Shown here in pieces: positions 61,686-64,000 of a DNA stretch of 64,000 nt (its first letter is position 1; every line of letters starts with the position of its first letter). Source of the stretch: Spirochaetia bacterium. Lineage in GTDB: Bacteria; Spirochaetota; Spirochaetia; SZUA-6; Bin103. Where the stretch lies: assembly GCA_965203905.1 (NCBI GenBank), contig CBDBDQ010000005.1:6848001-6912000 (forward strand), in the 5' to 3' direction. Under the pieces are notes generated by a model. It made no database searches. It saw only the letters and a list, made by a program, of their open reading frames with translations, and was not told the origin of the DNA. Made by a program: the position numbers and the translations under genes.

Positions 61686-62648
61686 TCACTCCTCCCAGGG
61701 CAGGTAGCACACCTTGACGGCGCGCTTGCGGCGCAACAGCTCGACTCCTTCCGCATAGCGCCGCAGCGGCAGGCGGGTGGTGACCAGCGGCTGCAGGCGC
61801 AGGGCGCCGCTCTTCACGTGGGCCAGGGCGCGTTCGGCGGCGGTCTTGAAGTGGCCGGGATATCCCAGCAGCGCCAGCTTGCGGTGGCGTGCCCGGTACA
61901 CCACCTCCTCGCGCAGCACCCCGAAGATCGCCACCGCCGCCGTGGTGCGGTCCATCAGCGCCTCGATGGAGACCTTCAGGCCGGTGCAGTCGATGGCCAG
62001 ATCGAAGGCCGCCGAAGGTGTTTCCTCCGGTGCCAGGGTGCACGCCGCGCCGAGGCCGGCCGCCAGCTCCCGCCGCTCCGCGATCGGATCGACACCTATC
62101 ACCTCGCCTGCTCCGTGGGCGCGCGCGAGCTGCACCGCGATCAGTCCGGCGGGCCCGAGACCGCCGACCGCCACCCGCCGGCCGGCCACGCCGTAACCGC
62201 GCTGCAACTGGTCGATGGTCACCTGCACGCACATCGCCAACTCCAGGGGAGCGAGCGCCGTGGCCGGCAGTCCTTCCGGCACCGGCAGCAGGTGGTCCGC
62301 ATCGAACACGTTGTAGCGGGCGTAGCAGCCCGGCCGCTCATGCCCCGGATCGCGCCAGGCCGCCACCCGCATCCCCGGGGCCAGGCCGTCGACGCCCTCC
62401 CCGACCGCCTCCACCCGGCCCACCGCCTCGTGGCCGGGCTGGCCCGGCGGATAGGGATATGGCAGCGGGCGGCCGGGAAACATCGGCTCGCCGCTGGCCA
62501 GGTGCAGGTCCCAGTGCGGGCAGGTGGTGATCGCCTCGATCCTGACCAGCGCCTCGCCGGGGCCGGCGCCGGGGATCGGGCCGTCACGCAACTCGCTCAC
62601 ACCGGGCGTGACGATCTGCAGGTAACGGTTGCCCTGCTCCTCCATCAT
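61686..62648 (-). CDS. zinc-binding dehydrogenase
   Basis: TCPHWD, PGHEAVG, GLGPAG. Confidence 0.88.
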   Translation of the reverse strand: MMEEQGNRYLQIVTPGVSELRDGPIPGAGPGEALVRIEAITTCPHWDLHLASGEPMFPGRPLPYPYPPGQPGHEAVGRVEAVGEGVDGLAPGMRVAAWRDPGHERPGCYARYNVFDADHLLPVPEGLPATALAPLELAMCVQVTIDQLQRGYGVAGRRVAVGGLGPAGLIAVQLARAHGAGEVIGVDPIAERRELAAGLGAACTLAPEETPSAAFDLAIDCTGLKVSIEALMDRTTAAVAIFGVLREEVVYRARHRKLALLGYPGHFKTAAERALAHVKSGALRLQPLVTTRLPLRRYAEGVELLRRKRAVKVCYLPWEE

Positions 62649-64000
62649 TCTTTCCGCGGAGGAATCGGCTGCGGGAAGTTCCAGCGCACCCAGTTCCACT
62701 GCAACTGGTCGCCGGTGGCGTCGTTCCACCCCAGCAGACGCCCCTTCATCTCCGCCAGCACCTCGCGCGCCGCGGGGCTGGAGATCCGGTTGTTCATCTC
62801 GAAGGGGTCGTTGCGCAGGTCGTAGAGCTCATCGACGTCGTGGGCATTGTAGACGTATTTCCAGTCGCGGGTCCGCACCATGCGCTGGGTCTGGTAGCCC
62901 CACACCTCGCCGTGATTTTCGCAGTACACACTGTCCGGCCAGCCGGCGGGTTCTTCGCCGCGCAGCAGCGGCAGCAGGCTGATCGCGTCGATGTCCGGCG
63001 GCGCCTCGATGCCGGCGAGCTCCAGGATGGTCGGCATCAGGTCCATGAGCCGGACGAAGCGCTCGATCCGTTGCGCCGGTCGGCGCGGCCGCCTGATGAT
63101 CAGGGGTATCCGGAACACCTCTTCGTACATGGTGCCGGCCTTCTCGAAGTGCTTGTGGCTGCCCATGGAGTCGCCGTGGTCGGTGGTGAAGATGATGATG
63201 GTGTCGTCGGCGATACCCGCGTCCTCCACGGCAGCGACGACTCGACCCAGGCACGTATCCAGCAGCGTGACGTCGCCGTAGTACCTGGCCACCGCCTGCT
63301 GCCACCAGGCCCAGTCCTTGTCCTCCAGGTGCCACTCCCGGTGCTTGCGCAGGTGCGACGCGGGCTTGCCGGCGAACGACTCGTCGAAGTTGGGCCAGGG
63401 CGGGATCGCGGCCGGGTCGTACTGCGAGGCGAACGGCTCCGGCACGATGTTGGCGAAGTGGGGCGCCCCGAGGTCGATGCGCAGAAAGAACGGGTGGCGA
63501 CCGGCGGCCCGCTCGCGGATGAAGCGGATGCCCTGATCAGCGCAGCGCCAGGAGGCGGACTGCTCCTTGGGCGCATCCAGCACCCCGCCCACGCTCTGCC
63601 TCCCGCCCGGGAAGTCGATGTACTGCATGGTCTCGGGCTTCCCCTCGCGCACCGCGGCCGGCGTCACGTGGCGGTGGAAGCCCCACTCCTCGGGCCCGCG
63701 CTCCTGGTGGACGTGCCACTTCCCCACGTAGTCCAGGGCGTAGCCGCCTTCTCGCAGCAGCCGGGAGAAGGTGGGGATCTCCGGCGCCAGGCCGCGGCAC
63801 CACGCCGGCGCAATGTGGGTGTTGATCATCACGCCGTGGTTGTGCGGATACAGCCCGGTCAGGAGAGACGCCCGCGCCGGCGAGCACACCGGAGATGTCG
63901 TGTAGGCGAAGTCGAACGCCGTACCTTCCCGTGCCAGGCGGTCCAGGTTGGGGGTCTCGCAGATCCGGTTTCCATAGCAGCCCAGCGCGTCCTGCCGGAG
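62645..64000 (-). CDS. Cys-type sulfatase, 5' end outside the window
   Basis: TPNLDRLA, CSPARASLLTG, GKWH, TDHG, ELYDL..DP.E. Confidence 0.92.
   Translation of the reverse strand, partial: LRQDALGCYGNRICETPNLDRLAREGTAFDFAYTTSPVCSPARASLLTGLYPHNHGVMINTHIAPAWCRGLAPEIPTFSRLLREGGYALDYVGKWHVHQERGPEEWGFHRHVTPAAVREGKPETMQYIDFPGGRQSVGGVLDAPKEQSASWRCADQGIRFIRERAAGRHPFFLRIDLGAPHFANIVPEPFASQYDPAAIPPWPNFDESFAGKPASHLRKHREWHLEDKDWAWWQQAVARYYGDVTLLDTCLGRVVAAVEDAGIADDTIIIFTTDHGDSMGSHKHFEKAGTMYEEVFRIPLIIRRPRRPAQRIERFVRLMDLMPTILELAGIEAPPDIDAISLLPLLRGEEPAGWPDSVYCENHGEVWGYQTQRMVRTRDWKYVYNAHDVDELYDLRNDPFEMNNRISSPAAREVLAEMKGRLLGWNDATGDQLQWNWVRWNFPQPIPPRKE

Noticed and set aside
1201-63887. Long antisense ORFs such as 1201-2673, 35538-37592, 48197-49807, 53605-55440 and 58064-59926
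   Set aside because: These are shadow frames of real genes, expected in high-GC DNA, and carry no recognisable motifs.
1-64000. CRISPR array, rRNA, tRNA, integron attC sites, reverse transcriptase/DGR
   Set aside because: I saw no repeat-spacer array, RNA gene signature, recurring attC pattern, integrase or RT motif by eye.

Overview
A GC-rich bacterial accessory region. The gene style resembles sponge-associated Spirochaetaceae, but that is inference only. It holds five family-5 (Opp/Dpp-type) ABC importer cassettes plus one remnant, all on the minus strand, and only one of them has its own ATPases. Carbohydrate/amine catabolic genes are interspersed: MDR and SDR dehydrogenases, two Gfo/Idh/MocA oxidoreductases, a class-III aminotransferase, a PIG-L protein, a BNR/sialidase-like protein and a sulfatase. 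About ten intact or decayed toxin-antitoxin loci lie between the cassettes. Main observations: (1) A complete 2591-bp IS66-type element (21-bp imperfect TIRs, 8-bp TSD) carries only TnpC and a DUF4338/DruA-like gene whose stop codon lies inside the right TIR; it splits a ~1420-1440 aa secreted protein of 11 tandem ~125-aa repeats. (2) A low-GC cassette encoding an ABC-type ATPase and a small partner sits inside a decayed paralog of that repeat gene. (3) A ~2.07-kb near-identical duplication (Uma2 gene, structured leader, SBP signal peptide) heads two divergent transporter payloads.
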